A stretch of 64,000 nt of DNA, taken from assembly GCA_051532055.1 (NCBI GenBank), contig JAOPTX010000015.1, positions 149,047-213,046 of the forward strand. Reading direction: 5' to 3'. Source of the DNA: Fibrobacterales bacterium. Lineage in GTDB: Bacteria > Fibrobacterota > Fibrobacteria > Fibrobacterales > JAOPTW01. Each line of letters starts with the position of its first letter. The first letter of the stretch is position 1. Below, in pieces: positions 49,116 to 59,700 of this stretch. A program made the translations under genes and the position numbers. A model generated the notes under the pieces. That model made no database searches. It saw nothing but the letters and a program-made list of their open reading frames with translations, and was not told the DNA's origin.

Positions 49116-50909
49116 CTAAACCTCTGGCTCCTGGTCATACTCTTCAAGTGATTCACCTTGTAATTTCACTTGCTCTAAAACTTCAATAAGAATTTCTTGA
49201 GTCTTGAGTGCATTTTCAACCAACACTTCTGAGGCTTTCTCATGGAAGGCCTCGAGGGTGGATTCAAGCTTCTCATAAAAACTATTTTGGTCATCTGTTT
49301 CAGATTCAGAAGAAGAGATGTGTTCAATTAAAGATTCAACTCCTATAGTAAACATCTCGAGAGATGCTTGGAACTCAACTTGGTTGATTTTCATGAGGTT
49401 ACCGCCCTCAGAAATATTTTCAGTAAAGTTCATGAGTGAACTCATTTGCTCTGAGTATTGGGTTTCAAGTTCTTTACCTAATTTTTCTTGTATCTCAAAA
49501 TTGACTTTTGCCGCTTGGGCGAGGGTTTCGAACTCGTCTTGTAGCTTGCTAAACCCATCTCGACTTATCATACTGATAGACTCTTTGAGGCTTTCTGTAA
49601 ACTCGGTTGTTTTTTGGAATACGGTATCCATCTGACCTTGATTATGGCTCATGTATTCAGTTTGAAGCCCCCTGGATTGCTCTTGGTGGGTATTGAGTAG
49701 TTCCATCTGTTTTTCAATTTGCTGCCCTTGAGCTTCTGGTATGGACTGTATTACAGTGTGGAGATTGTCGAGTTGAGTTGAAACACCTTGTGTACTCAGC
49801 TCAGCAATTTCTTTTTGCATATCAGGAATGGTTTTAATAAAACTGTTCAGCTCTGAAAGGCGCTCAGCAATTTCATTTGATGTGTTACTGCTAATTTCTT
49901 TTTGGGATTCAAGAATTGAGTGGGCGCTATTCTCAACTTGAGAACTAAATGATGCGAGAAGTTCTCTTTGAGTTTCAATGGCCTCTGAGGCACTTTGGGA
50001 ATGTTTGCTAATGATGTCATCAAGAACGGATTTATGAGAGCCAGAGAGTTGTTCAATTACTAGAGAGTTTGCATCTGTGATTGATTGTTGCAATGTGGTA
50101 AACGTAGACTCTAGTTTGTCACTAATTTGGTTACTCAGTGATGCAGAGTTATTGGTTAGCTGTGTACTCATATCGTTTGAGTGTTCAGTAAGTTTACTGC
50201 CAAGGGAATCTACAAATTGTGAGAGGTTACTGCTGAGCTCTGTAATGAGTTGTTCATTACGATTCTCCTGTTCAGGAGCGAGCTGGGGAATGAGATAAAA
50301 GTGAGTGTACTCTTCTACTTCGGACATCATCTCAATATAAGCATTTTTAACCACAGAGTTTGCGACGCTTAAAAGCATGAATGCAATGAGACCTGTTAAA
50401 CTGGTGCCAAAAATACCATTCATGTCAGAGAAAATTGTAGTTATAAGTGTTTGAATTTCAAAACTTTCACTCATTGAACTTCCGGCTGTGGAAATTGCAC
50501 CCATCAAGCCAAAAAAGGTGCCAAGAAGACCGAGAGTCATAGTAAGATTGGCTGCTGAAGAGCCTAGTTTACTCGAAGCGCGAGCAGAGAGTATTTCAGA
50601 AAATGCAGAGAGGTCGACATGTTGATCGCGAGATTGTAGATCTTTGAGGATTTCATAGCGCTGATAGATAATTCTATCAGAAGGTTCAATAGTCGAATTT
50701 CCCGTACTCTTTTGTTCATGGATAGCATCTATTTCTGCTTGGGCAAAGGCGAGATTCTTAAGGTTCTTTAATTGGGTATATGCAAAGATAGCAAGGAGCA
50801 CTCCCCATATTACATAGCCATAAAGGGGGAACTGAAAATAGAGACACCCAATAAGACCTGCAAGTCCGAGGATGCTGAGAAAGATTATTTTCCGTACAGC
50901 TGCTTTCAT
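49116..50909 (-). CDS. ZorA-like MotA/ExbB-fold subunit with long helical cytoplasmic tail
   Basis: LGLLGTFFGL and IFGTSLTGL TM motifs, followed by roughly 400 aa of S/Q/E/L-rich heptad tail. Confidence 0.82.
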   Translation of the reverse strand: MKAAVRKIIFLSILGLAGLIGCLYFQFPLYGYVIWGVLLAIFAYTQLKNLKNLAFAQAEIDAIHEQKSTGNSTIEPSDRIIYQRYEILKDLQSRDQHVDLSAFSEILSARASSKLGSSAANLTMTLGLLGTFFGLMGAISTAGSSMSESFEIQTLITTIFSDMNGIFGTSLTGLIAFMLLSVANSVVKNAYIEMMSEVEEYTHFYLIPQLAPEQENRNEQLITELSSNLSQFVDSLGSKLTEHSNDMSTQLTNNSASLSNQISDKLESTFTTLQQSITDANSLVIEQLSGSHKSVLDDIISKHSQSASEAIETQRELLASFSSQVENSAHSILESQKEISSNTSNEIAERLSELNSFIKTIPDMQKEIAELSTQGVSTQLDNLHTVIQSIPEAQGQQIEKQMELLNTHQEQSRGLQTEYMSHNQGQMDTVFQKTTEFTESLKESISMISRDGFSKLQDEFETLAQAAKVNFEIQEKLGKELETQYSEQMSSLMNFTENISEGGNLMKINQVEFQASLEMFTIGVESLIEHISSSESETDDQNSFYEKLESTLEAFHEKASEVLVENALKTQEILIEVLEQVKLQGESLEEYDQEPEV

Positions 50910-50927
50910 TAAGAGAATCCTTTTAAT

Positions 50928-51869
50928 TTACTTTTTATTTTTAAAGAGGTCGAGTTGTCCTTGTGAAAATCCGCGCGAAAATATTTCCCACTTAGTTTTG
51001 TACCAGTGTGATAATTCGAGAGAGATTCCCAGGCAAAAGTCGATATAATCTTCTGTAAATGCTCTGAAACCATTGTCCCATAAACCTAGTGGGTTCCACA
51101 CTCTATTACCAATAGCGTTAAAAAGTGCAGCTTCAGTAGCGTAATAGCGTTTAGGTTGTTTTTGAATACCTGTGATAAACTTCTTTTGTGCAAGTGTGTA
51201 GAGGGAGCTTCGTATGTTTGTAATTACATTTTGATCTATGTTACGAAGACCGGCTTCAAGGGTAGGGAGTATCTTGGTTACAGGGGTCGAAATAGAATTT
51301 TGATGCCAAAGATTCGATCCATTTTTTTGAATATGGGTTGCTCGTGAATAAGTTGTAACAAGATTTTTTTCTGAATCGCCTACCATCAGATGGAGTGTTT
51401 GTAAAAAGAAATCTTTTATCTCTTTGGTGCGATGGCCAACTTTAAGTCGGTACCCCTCATCACTTTTTTCAATCCAGCCACCTTCTCTAAGGACGGGAAG
51501 CATGACATCAGCGGTGAGTCTCTGAGCCCATTTAGATCTGAAGTCTGCAAATTTATCTTCTATTTCTTTATTCAGGGCGTTAAACTCTCGTTGGCAAAAT
51601 TTGAGACACTCTTCTGATTCAGAAATATATTCACTCTCTAGGGTGAAGTTTTTCTGAGATTGTTCAATATGTTCCCTTAATATAATGGAGTATGAGTTGT
51701 TCATTGAATGACTCAATTGTTGAACTACCTCTTGTTGAGGCAAAAAGCTTTTAAGGTCAACAATTGACTGACCGGTAAACTGTTTGAAAGCTTTCCTGAA
51801 GTTACTATCCAAAGGGTATATTTTCGGTTGAATTTCGAAGTAGAAATATAGAAATTCTAGGGGGATCAA
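50928..51869 (-). CDS. ZorF-like (DUF3348-like) helical protein with C-terminal QLDLF motif
   Basis: Lies immediately upstream of the zorA-like gene; helical segments loosely match DUF3348 as recalled; start may be TTG 51869 or TTG 51812. Confidence 0.55.
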   Translation of the reverse strand: MIPLEFLYFYFEIQPKIYPLDSNFRKAFKQFTGQSIVDLKSFLPQQEVVQQLSHSMNNSYSIILREHIEQSQKNFTLESEYISESEECLKFCQREFNALNKEIEDKFADFRSKWAQRLTADVMLPVLREGGWIEKSDEGYRLKVGHRTKEIKDFFLQTLHLMVGDSEKNLVTTYSRATHIQKNGSNLWHQNSISTPVTKILPTLEAGLRNIDQNVITNIRSSLYTLAQKKFITGIQKQPKRYYATEAALFNAIGNRVWNPLGLWDNGFRAFTEDYIDFCLGISLELSHWYKTKWEIFSRGFSQGQLDLFKNKK

Positions 51870-51926
51870 CAGTGAAAATTGGGAGGCCTAACAAATTGGT
51901 TAAACCACCATTTCATTAATGAGAGC

Positions 51927-52619
51927 TTAAAAAGTAGTTTCTATTGATTTCCAGATAGATTTCGCGATTTTCTTCTCTGTTATTGGTTTTTGACTCATGT
52001 TGATAGCATTCATGATTCGATTGTTTTTGTTCACCGATTGGGTAAGCTTCAATACGCCATCCATTTCAAGATAAGTACCAAATGCATTGTTCTCAATAGT
52101 AGCACCTTTCACAGATACCTCTCCATTTGCAACAGTAATACCATAGCGGTTCTCGGTAAATGACCCACCACTAATGTGAACATCCTTAGAATTTTCGATC
52201 CATACACCATAATGGTTATTGATAAATTGACTCTCTTTTAATGTACCGTGAACATTGAGAAATGAATTTTTAAAGCCGTTCATAATCACAACATAATTCA
52301 TGACAATTGGTGATTGAGACCCATTAATATGCAGTCCAACCCAATGATTACTCGGGTTCTCGGCATGAAAAACAATGTTTTTTTGAGGGGTACCAAGAAA
52401 TCGGATATGGCCTCTCAGGAGGAGCTTTGTGTAGTTTCTAAATTTGAGTACAACACCACCTTCAATCGTAAGAGTGTCTTCAGTATTGTTAAAAAGGTTT
52501 TCGTCGATTATATAGGGGCTATCACCCTGGTGAAGATAGACAGAACCCTTAAGAGAGGTTAGTATGGTGTTGGCATTGAGAGTTGTAACGAGTAGCGCAA
52601 TTGATAAAAATTTTATCAT
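51927..52619 (-). CDS. Secreted right-handed parallel beta-helix repeat protein
   Basis: Signal peptide; SPYII..., TLTIEGGVVLKF, GTPQKNIVF, WVGLHI; repeated NNHYGV/ENRYGI/NNAFGT turns. Confidence 0.8.
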   Translation of the reverse strand: MIKFLSIALLVTTLNANTILTSLKGSVYLHQGDSPYIIDENLFNNTEDTLTIEGGVVLKFRNYTKLLLRGHIRFLGTPQKNIVFHAENPSNHWVGLHINGSQSPIVMNYVVIMNGFKNSFLNVHGTLKESQFINNHYGVWIENSKDVHISGGSFTENRYGITVANGEVSVKGATIENNAFGTYLEMDGVLKLTQSVNKNNRIMNAINMSQKPITEKKIAKSIWKSIETTF

Positions 52620-53410
52620 GGAACCCTCTGAAGTGTAACAGACTGAATAATTTGATAATTTGGGAATAGCTTGTTTGCAATTTTAAGACTGACAGTTCCG
52701 GAAATATCAAAATTGCCAAACTCCAGATCACCATCATCAATGTTAAACACAAGAGAACCTTGGCCAAGAATAAAATTATCTTCTGCTATCATTAGTGCAC
52801 TCTCTTCTATTTTGTATTTAAGAGTGGTTAAAATTTTGGCAAATGACTGATCACCATTGGAATAAATATCATTGACTTTAAACCATTTATAAAGGTAGTT
52901 GCTCCTGTTTTCTCCTGTAGGAATTTTGAGTTGCTTTTCCCAGGTGTCCCCGATGTATGTTTCATGCCTGGGGAGAGATGGCTGAATTTTAAGGAGGATG
53001 TTTGCGAGGTTAAAACCTGATACTTCCATTTCATCTGCAGCATTATTTTTTTCAAAGTCCTTGATTTCACCATAGGGATTAATTTTAAACTCAGATTTTT
53101 GAGAAAGAAGATAGTGCTCAATATGACGACACTCTTCTACGGTATATTGATTAGATCTGAAATCAATAGAGTCTATTCCGATTAAAAACCGGCTGGTTTT
53201 GTCGTCAAAAGCTGATAGCAATGATTTGGTGAAGTAGATTTGCGCTTCACTAAAGAAACTACTCTCAGAGTCACCCGAAATCAGTTGGAGCTTTGTTTGT
53301 AAGAAATAATGACGTGGGGTTTCAGAAGTAAGATTAAAAGAGAGTTGTTTTGTCTCTTTTTGACACGCTGTAAATATGAGGATTGTTAATAAAAGGAGTG
53401 TTTTACCCAT
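52616..53410 (-). CDS. Hypothetical beta-rich lipoprotein
   Basis: IFTAC lipobox; LP....IGDTWE motif; overlaps the next gene by 4 nt. Confidence 0.75.
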   Translation of the reverse strand: MGKTLLLLTILIFTACQKETKQLSFNLTSETPRHYFLQTKLQLISGDSESSFFSEAQIYFTKSLLSAFDDKTSRFLIGIDSIDFRSNQYTVEECRHIEHYLLSQKSEFKINPYGEIKDFEKNNAADEMEVSGFNLANILLKIQPSLPRHETYIGDTWEKQLKIPTGENRSNYLYKWFKVNDIYSNGDQSFAKILTTLKYKIEESALMIAEDNFILGQGSLVFNIDDGDLEFGNFDISGTVSLKIANKLFPNYQIIQSVTLQRVP

Positions 53411-53414
53411 TAAG

Positions 53415-54023
53415 TTAGTCTTCGCTAAAATCTATTGTAACATTTGTTAAATTTAAGTCTTTTAGCTGCGACTTTTGGGATAAATTTCGATACTCATCAT
53501 TATTCTGGATGATTAACCCAAGTATTTTTGCACAATCTTCAGCTGTTTCTGCTACAACGAGCTCCTCAATATCTGGTGAAAATAGATAGAATTTACCATC
53601 TTTTTGCCATTGAAGGGTTTTGATATTAGCTTCATCAAGTGCTGTTTCAACAATGGTTGGTTTCTTGATTTGTGAAGTAATAATCTCTTTGAGCTCATCA
53701 GGTGGAGTTGTTTTTAGAATACATTGATTGATTTTGTAGTTCTTAGCTTTTTTGGTAATGGTTTTATCAAATTCAGCTGAAGTAAGAAGAATAGGGGTGC
53801 GTTTGTATTGAGGAAGTTTGCGGATTTTTGTTGCGAGGTCAAATCCAGTGATACCTCCACCAAGATTATATTCTACAAGGAATGCATCAAAAGTGTGTGA
53901 TTTAATTAATTTCAAGGCATCCTGAACATTATTGGCAGGAAAAGTCTCTGCAATATCACTCAGATCTTTGGAGGTTTGCGCAGTTGCCTCTTTGCTGTCA
54001 TCTAAATGGAGTATGTTAAACAA
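53415..54023 (-). CDS. Atypical response regulator (receiver domain plus small C-terminal domain)
   Basis: ILHLDDS, FDAFLVEYNL (Glu at the phospho-Asp position), TGFDL, TPILLTS, ILK. Confidence 0.82.
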   Translation of the reverse strand: MFNILHLDDSKEATAQTSKDLSDIAETFPANNVQDALKLIKSHTFDAFLVEYNLGGGITGFDLATKIRKLPQYKRTPILLTSAEFDKTITKKAKNYKINQCILKTTPPDELKEIITSQIKKPTIVETALDEANIKTLQWQKDGKFYLFSPDIEELVVAETAEDCAKILGLIIQNNDEYRNLSQKSQLKDLNLTNVTIDFSED

Positions 54024-54111
54024 CGGTCACCTCACAGTTTATAACAAGTGGTAGTACTATTTTATTGGTTTATTGTATTATACTTTCGGCTATTATGCAC
54101 TGAAAAATGAT

Positions 54112-54143
54112 AAAAAAAGGGGAGTTTCTAAAAAAACTCCCCT
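54112..54143 (-). terminator. Terminator after trxB
   Basis: AGGGGAGTTT-ctaaa-AAACTCCCCT preceded by an A-run. Confidence 0.8.
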
Positions 54144-54200
54144 AGATTCAAATGGTGGCCTTCAAAAAGCAGTCAACATTAAGTTTTGCTTAAAGGTCGT

Positions 54201-55145
54201 TTATGTTTGGTCGAGTAAAAAGTGCTCTGCTTCTAGAGCAGCCATACAGCCAGTACCTGCGGATGTGATCGCCTGACGGTATTTACTGTCTTGCACATCA
54301 CCAGCGGCAAATACACCGGGTACAGTAGTTTTAGTAGTGCCTGCTTCAGTTACAATGTAGCCTGTTGAGTCTGTCTCAACTTGTCCATTCAAGAAACCAG
54401 TATTCGGAGTATGCCCAATTGCATAAAAGAGGCCCTTGGCTTCGATTTTTGTTTGCTCTCCCGTTTGTGTATCTTCACACACAACATGTGATAATGTAGT
54501 CTCTCCAAGTGTCTCTTTGGGGACGGTATTCCAAAGAATTTCTATTTTATCATTATCAAAGGCCCGTTTTTGCATAGCTTTTGAGGCCCGGAGTTCGTCA
54601 CGACGGTGAACGAGATAAACTTTTGAGCCAAATTTAGTAAGATGTACTGCTTCTTCTACTGCAGAATCACCACCACCAATAACCATGAGTGGAACATTTT
54701 TAAAAATGGGAAGTGCACCATCACACACAGCACAAGCCGATATCCCTTTCTGCCAATAGAGATCTTCACCAGGGAGGTTCATACGGCGGGCAGTTGCACC
54801 CGTTGCAATAATGACCGTTTCTGCTTCTAATGTCTCTCCACCTTCAACGGTTAACAGAAAGGGGCGCTTTGATAGGTCGGCAGATTCAATAGTTTCTGTC
54901 CGAATTGTGGTGCCAGAATTAACAGATTGGTCACGCATTTGGAACATAAGTTCTGGACCAGAGATACCAGTGGGGAATCCAGGGAAATTTTCAATTTCTG
55001 TAGTGGTTGTAAGCTGTCCACCTGCTGCAATACCACCAGCCATAAACCCTTCAAACATTATAGGGTTGAGATTTGCTCTACCTGCATAAATTGCGGCAGT
55101 ATGCCCTGCTGGGCCAGATCCGATAATAACTACTTTTTCAGCCAT
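54201..55145 (-). CDS. trxB: Thioredoxin-disulfide reductase
   Basis: IIGSGPAG.TAA, GGQL, ENFPGF, CAVCDG, GGGDSA, HRRD, AAGDV; likely start MAEKVV at 55145. Confidence 0.97.
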   Translation of the reverse strand: MAEKVVIIGSGPAGHTAAIYAGRANLNPIMFEGFMAGGIAAGGQLTTTTEIENFPGFPTGISGPELMFQMRDQSVNSGTTIRTETIESADLSKRPFLLTVEGGETLEAETVIIATGATARRMNLPGEDLYWQKGISACAVCDGALPIFKNVPLMVIGGGDSAVEEAVHLTKFGSKVYLVHRRDELRASKAMQKRAFDNDKIEILWNTVPKETLGETTLSHVVCEDTQTGEQTKIEAKGLFYAIGHTPNTGFLNGQVETDSTGYIVTEAGTTKTTVPGVFAAGDVQDSKYRQAITSAGTGCMAALEAEHFLLDQT

Positions 55146-55262
55146 AATAATTCCATTCAATATTTTAATTTAAAAGTAATAATAACGAATTCTAGACAAA
55201 AGGGAAGGGTTGTAATAGTTACAGTATTGATTAAAAAAGCAAATACTACAAAGATAAATACT

Positions 55263-55289
55263 AAAAAAGGCCACCTCAATGAGGTGGCC
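55263..55289 (-). terminator. Terminator after gltD
   Basis: GGCCACCTC-aat-GAGGTGGCC preceded by A6. Confidence 0.85.
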
Positions 55290-55311
55290 CAAATAAGTAA
55301 TGAGTATTTAA

Positions 55312-56769
55312 TTATGCAAAAAGGTTTGTATTTGCTTTCTGTTCAAGTTGTGAAGGACGTTTTTGTAAGAACTCATCAACTGAAACAGCACATTCTCTCC
55401 CTTGAGAAATGGCAGTAACCACGAGAGATTGACCAATATGAGCGTCACCACAGGTAAACACATTGTCCCCTGCAGTTGTTTTATAGTTGGTAAATGTTTT
55501 CACATTACCACGTTCATCATAATCGACACCAAGAGTGTCACAGAGGCCATCGTGTTGTGGGTGTAAAAAGCCCATCGCGAGGAATGCACGTTCACACGGG
55601 ATTTCTTTTTCTGAGCCCGTTACTTCAACAGGTTTTCCATCAGTCCACTGGACATCAACAGTTTTTACCGCTTTTAGGTTTCCATCATCATCACCAATAA
55701 ATTCTTTGGTCATGATGGAATAAAGCTGTTCCACACCTTCTTGGTGTGATGTAGTAAACTTTTTGACACGTGGATAGGATGGCCAAGGATTATTTGCTGC
55801 ACGTTGGGCGGGAGGCTCAGGCATGAGTTCAAACTGTTTTACGCTTGATGCGCCATGGCGGTTAGAGGTCCCAACACAGTCCGATCCAGTATCACCACCA
55901 CCAATAACAACTACATTTTTATCAGTTGAAAGAATATCTTCGCCTTCATACTCTTTGCCTTGTACACGTTGAGAATTTTGTTTGAGGTATTCCATTGCAT
56001 AATAAACACCTTTAAGACTTCTGCCTGGAACAGGAAGGTCACGAGGGACTGTAGATCCAATAGCTAATACCATTGCATCGTAATCTGATTTAATGTCTTC
56101 AATGGCAATATCTTTGCCAACATTGGCATTGATTTTGAATTCGATACCTGCTTCGACCATTACAGCTAAACGACGATCAATTATTGATTTGTCGAGTTTG
56201 AAATCAGGGATACCATAACGAAGGAGACCTCCAATAGCATTATCGCGTTCGAAAACAGTTACTTTGTGACCAGCAGAATTTAGCTGTTCAGCAGCTGCAA
56301 GTCCGGCTGGGCCAGAACCGATAACTGCGACAGTTTTACCTGAACGAGGTACTGTACACTTTTTGTTAACCCATCCTTGTTTAAACGCTTCTTCTATGAT
56401 AAAACGCTCAATATTGTGAATGGTTACTGGAGGTTGGTTAATTCCAAGAACGCAGCTTCCTTCACAAGGTGCGGGACATATGCGCCCCGTAAACTCAGGA
56501 AAGTTATTTGTAGAGCTAAGTATATCATAGGCTTCAGCCCAGTCTTCTTTATAGACAGCATCATTGAATTCAGGAATGATGTTCCCAAGTGGGCACCCAT
56601 TGTGACAGAAAGGGGTACCACAGTCCATACAACGACCAGCTTGATCGTGGATTTTTTCTCCAAAATCTTCGTCTTTGTAGAACTCTTTGTAATGTTTTAC
56701 ACGTTCTTCAGCTGGTTGTTTACCTGGCTCTTCACGGTCAAAATTTAAGAAACCTTGTGGATTACCCAT
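55312..56769 (-). CDS. gltD: Glutamate synthase small subunit
   Basis: RCMDCGTPFC..GCP, NNFPEFTGRICPAPCE, GSGPAGL, GGGDTGSDC. Confidence 0.97.
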   Translation of the reverse strand: MGNPQGFLNFDREEPGKQPAEERVKHYKEFYKDEDFGEKIHDQAGRCMDCGTPFCHNGCPLGNIIPEFNDAVYKEDWAEAYDILSSTNNFPEFTGRICPAPCEGSCVLGINQPPVTIHNIERFIIEEAFKQGWVNKKCTVPRSGKTVAVIGSGPAGLAAAEQLNSAGHKVTVFERDNAIGGLLRYGIPDFKLDKSIIDRRLAVMVEAGIEFKINANVGKDIAIEDIKSDYDAMVLAIGSTVPRDLPVPGRSLKGVYYAMEYLKQNSQRVQGKEYEGEDILSTDKNVVVIGGGDTGSDCVGTSNRHGASSVKQFELMPEPPAQRAANNPWPSYPRVKKFTTSHQEGVEQLYSIMTKEFIGDDDGNLKAVKTVDVQWTDGKPVEVTGSEKEIPCERAFLAMGFLHPQHDGLCDTLGVDYDERGNVKTFTNYKTTAGDNVFTCGDAHIGQSLVVTAISQGRECAVSVDEFLQKRPSQLEQKANTNLFA

Positions 56770-59700
56770 TAACAGCCTCCTTTAATTCGGCTTTTTTTCT
56801 TAGTAGTACCTTTTTATAATCAGTTGGCATTACTTTTATAAATTTCTCTAGGTTGTTTTCCCAGTCTGCAAGTATTGCTTCTGCAACATCAGATCCGGTA
56901 AAACTGTGGTGATTTTCAAGCATTGTACGAAGCATAATAATATCTTCTTCGTCTTTAGTATCAAATTCAACCATACCCATATTACAGTTTTTCTCAAAAG
57001 TGCCATTAGGGTTGTAAACATATGCAACACCACCACTCATTCCGGCAGCAAAGTTACGCCCTGTGTCACCAATGATAATTGATAAACCGCCAGTCATATA
57101 TTCACAACCGTGATCACCTATCCCTTCAACAACAACCTTGGCTCCCGAGTTACGTACGCAAAAACGCTCACCTGCAATTCCACGGATATACGCTTCACCT
57201 CTAGTAGCACCAAAGAATGCAACATTACCCACGATGATCTCATTTTTAGGATCAAAAGGAGCTTTTTTATCAGGGTACACTACAAGGTTTGCTCCCGAAA
57301 GACCTTTACCAAAGTAGTCATTAGCATCACCTTCAAGCTCAAAACGAATACCCTTTGCAGAGAACGCGCCAAAACTTTGCCCCGCTGATCCTTTAAATTT
57401 AATGTGAATCGTATTGTCAGGAAGGCCTGCAGCATCATATTTTTTAGATATTTCATTTGATAAAATTGTACCAGTAGCTCGGTCTGTATTAAGTATCTCG
57501 AGCTCTGCAGTAACCTTTTCTCCGCTTTCAAGAGAAGACTTTGCAATTTTAAGAAGTTTTTGATCAAGTACTACATCGAGACCGTGATTCTGTTCAATTG
57601 AACAAAATTTAGTTTGGTTTTCATCACCTTGTTCTTTGTAGAGAATTGGGCTGAGGTCGATGTTTTTGTATTTCCAGTGATCAAATTTATTTGGCATTTC
57701 AAGACAATCAACTTGTCCAACCATTTCATTTACTGTTCTAAATCCAAGCTCTGCCATAATCTCTCTAAGGCCTTGAGCAAGCATAGTAAAGTAGTTTACA
57801 ACGTGATCAGGGTTGCCGGTAAAACGTTTTCGCAACTCTTCATTTTGGGTTGCAACACCTACAGGGCAAGTATTCTCATGACACTTACGCATCATAATAC
57901 ACCCTTCAACAATAAGCGCTGTCGTTGCAACACCCCATTCTTCGGCTCCAAGAAGAGCTGCTACAGCAATATCTTTTGGAGTTTTCATATGGCCGTCTGC
58001 TTGAACAGTAATACGATTTCTGAGTTTATTGCGTACAAGTGTTTGATGGGCTTCGGCAAGACCGAGTTCCCAAGGAAGACCTGCGTGCTTAATGGAACTG
58101 AGTGGCGATGCACCAGTACCACCATCGTGCCCAGAAATAAGAACAACGTCAGCTTTACCTTTACATACGCCTGCAGCAATCGTACCAACACCCGCCTCAG
58201 ATACGAGTTTTACATTGATTCGTGCAGCGCGGTTTGCATTTTTAAGGTCATAAATAAGTTGTGCGAGATCTTCAATAGAGTAGATGTCGTGGTGAGGTGG
58301 AGGTGATATAAGACCAACACCTGGTGTGGAGTTACGGGTAGAACCAATCCAGTCATTTACTTTGTGACCAGGTAGGTGTCCGCCTTCTCCGGGTTTTGCA
58401 CCTTGCGCCATTTTAATTTGAATTTCATCTGCATTTGTGAGGTAGTAACTATGTACGCCAAAACGTCCTGATGCAACTTGTTTAATTGCAGAACGCATTG
58501 AGTCGCCATTTTCCATCGGTTTAAAACGCCTTGGATCTTCGCCGCCCTCACCAGAGTTTGATTTACCGCCAATACGGTTCATTGCAATAGCAAGAGTAGT
58601 ATGGGCTTCCCAAGAGATCGAACCAAAAGACATGGCACCGGTTGCAAAGCGTTTGGTGATTTTTTCTACTGATTCAACTTCGTCAAGGGGGATACTTCCC
58701 TTAGATTTAAAGTCCATAAGTCCACGAAGCGTATATGCTTTTGTAGCATCTTCATCAGAGACTTTACAGAACTTTTTGAACGTGTCGTAATCGTTATTTT
58801 TAGATGCTTCTTGAACGAGTGAAATCGTTTCTGGATTAAACTGGTGATCTTCACCACGGTGTTTCCATTGGTATACTCCACCCACATCAAGACGTGGATT
58901 AGGGATATGTGCTTCAGGAAATCCAATTTTATGTTTCGCAAGAGTCTCTTTGGCAATGTCGTTAAGAGTAAGCCCTTGGATACGAGTTACCGTTCCAGTA
59001 AAATAGAGGTCAACAACTTCTTTACTTATACCAACAGCTTCAAAGATTTGTGCAGCTTGATAGGATTGTAAAGTCGAGATTCCCATTTTTGAGAAAATCT
59101 TAAGAAGGCCACTGTTGATGGACTCTGCGTAATTTTCAAAAAGTTTTTCAGCGCTATATTTCTCTTTGAGTTTATCCGTTTCATTAAGATCAACGAGAGT
59201 TTCAAGTGCGAGATATGGGTTAATAGCAGAAGCGCCATAACCAATAACCGTTGCAAAATGGTGAGTTTCAATAACATCTGCTGCTTCAACAATAATATCT
59301 GCCTTGCCACGAAGTCCTTCACGGATTAAGTGGTGATGTACAGCTGCCGTTGCAAGAAGTGATGGAATACCTGCGTGGTCACTGTCGACGCCACGATGCG
59401 AAAGACAGATAATAGAGAACCCATCCTCAACAGCATCTACTGCATAACGGCAAATTCTATCGATAGCTTTTTTGAGTGTTCCCGCTTGATCAATAGCGCG
59501 GAAGGTAATATCAATAGTTTTTGTTTGAAAGTGATCATTATCAATATATTTCAATTTTTCAAGATCAGCATTACTAAGTACTGGGTGTTCTATCTCAACT
59601 TTATGACAGTGACGTGCGGTCTCATCAAGGAGGTTTTGTGATCCGCCCACATGGGAATGCAATGCCATAACCATACGTTCACGAATTGAGTCAATTGGTG

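Noticed and set aside
48444..50909. Flagellar motAB
   Set aside because: The A subunit has a roughly 400-aa tail, there are no flagellar genes nearby, and the flanking genes fit Zorya III better.
57614..58306. 230-aa + strand ORF and the many other short ORFs nested in long genes
   Set aside because: Antisense or alternate-frame shadows of well-supported genes such as gltB, with no independent evidence.
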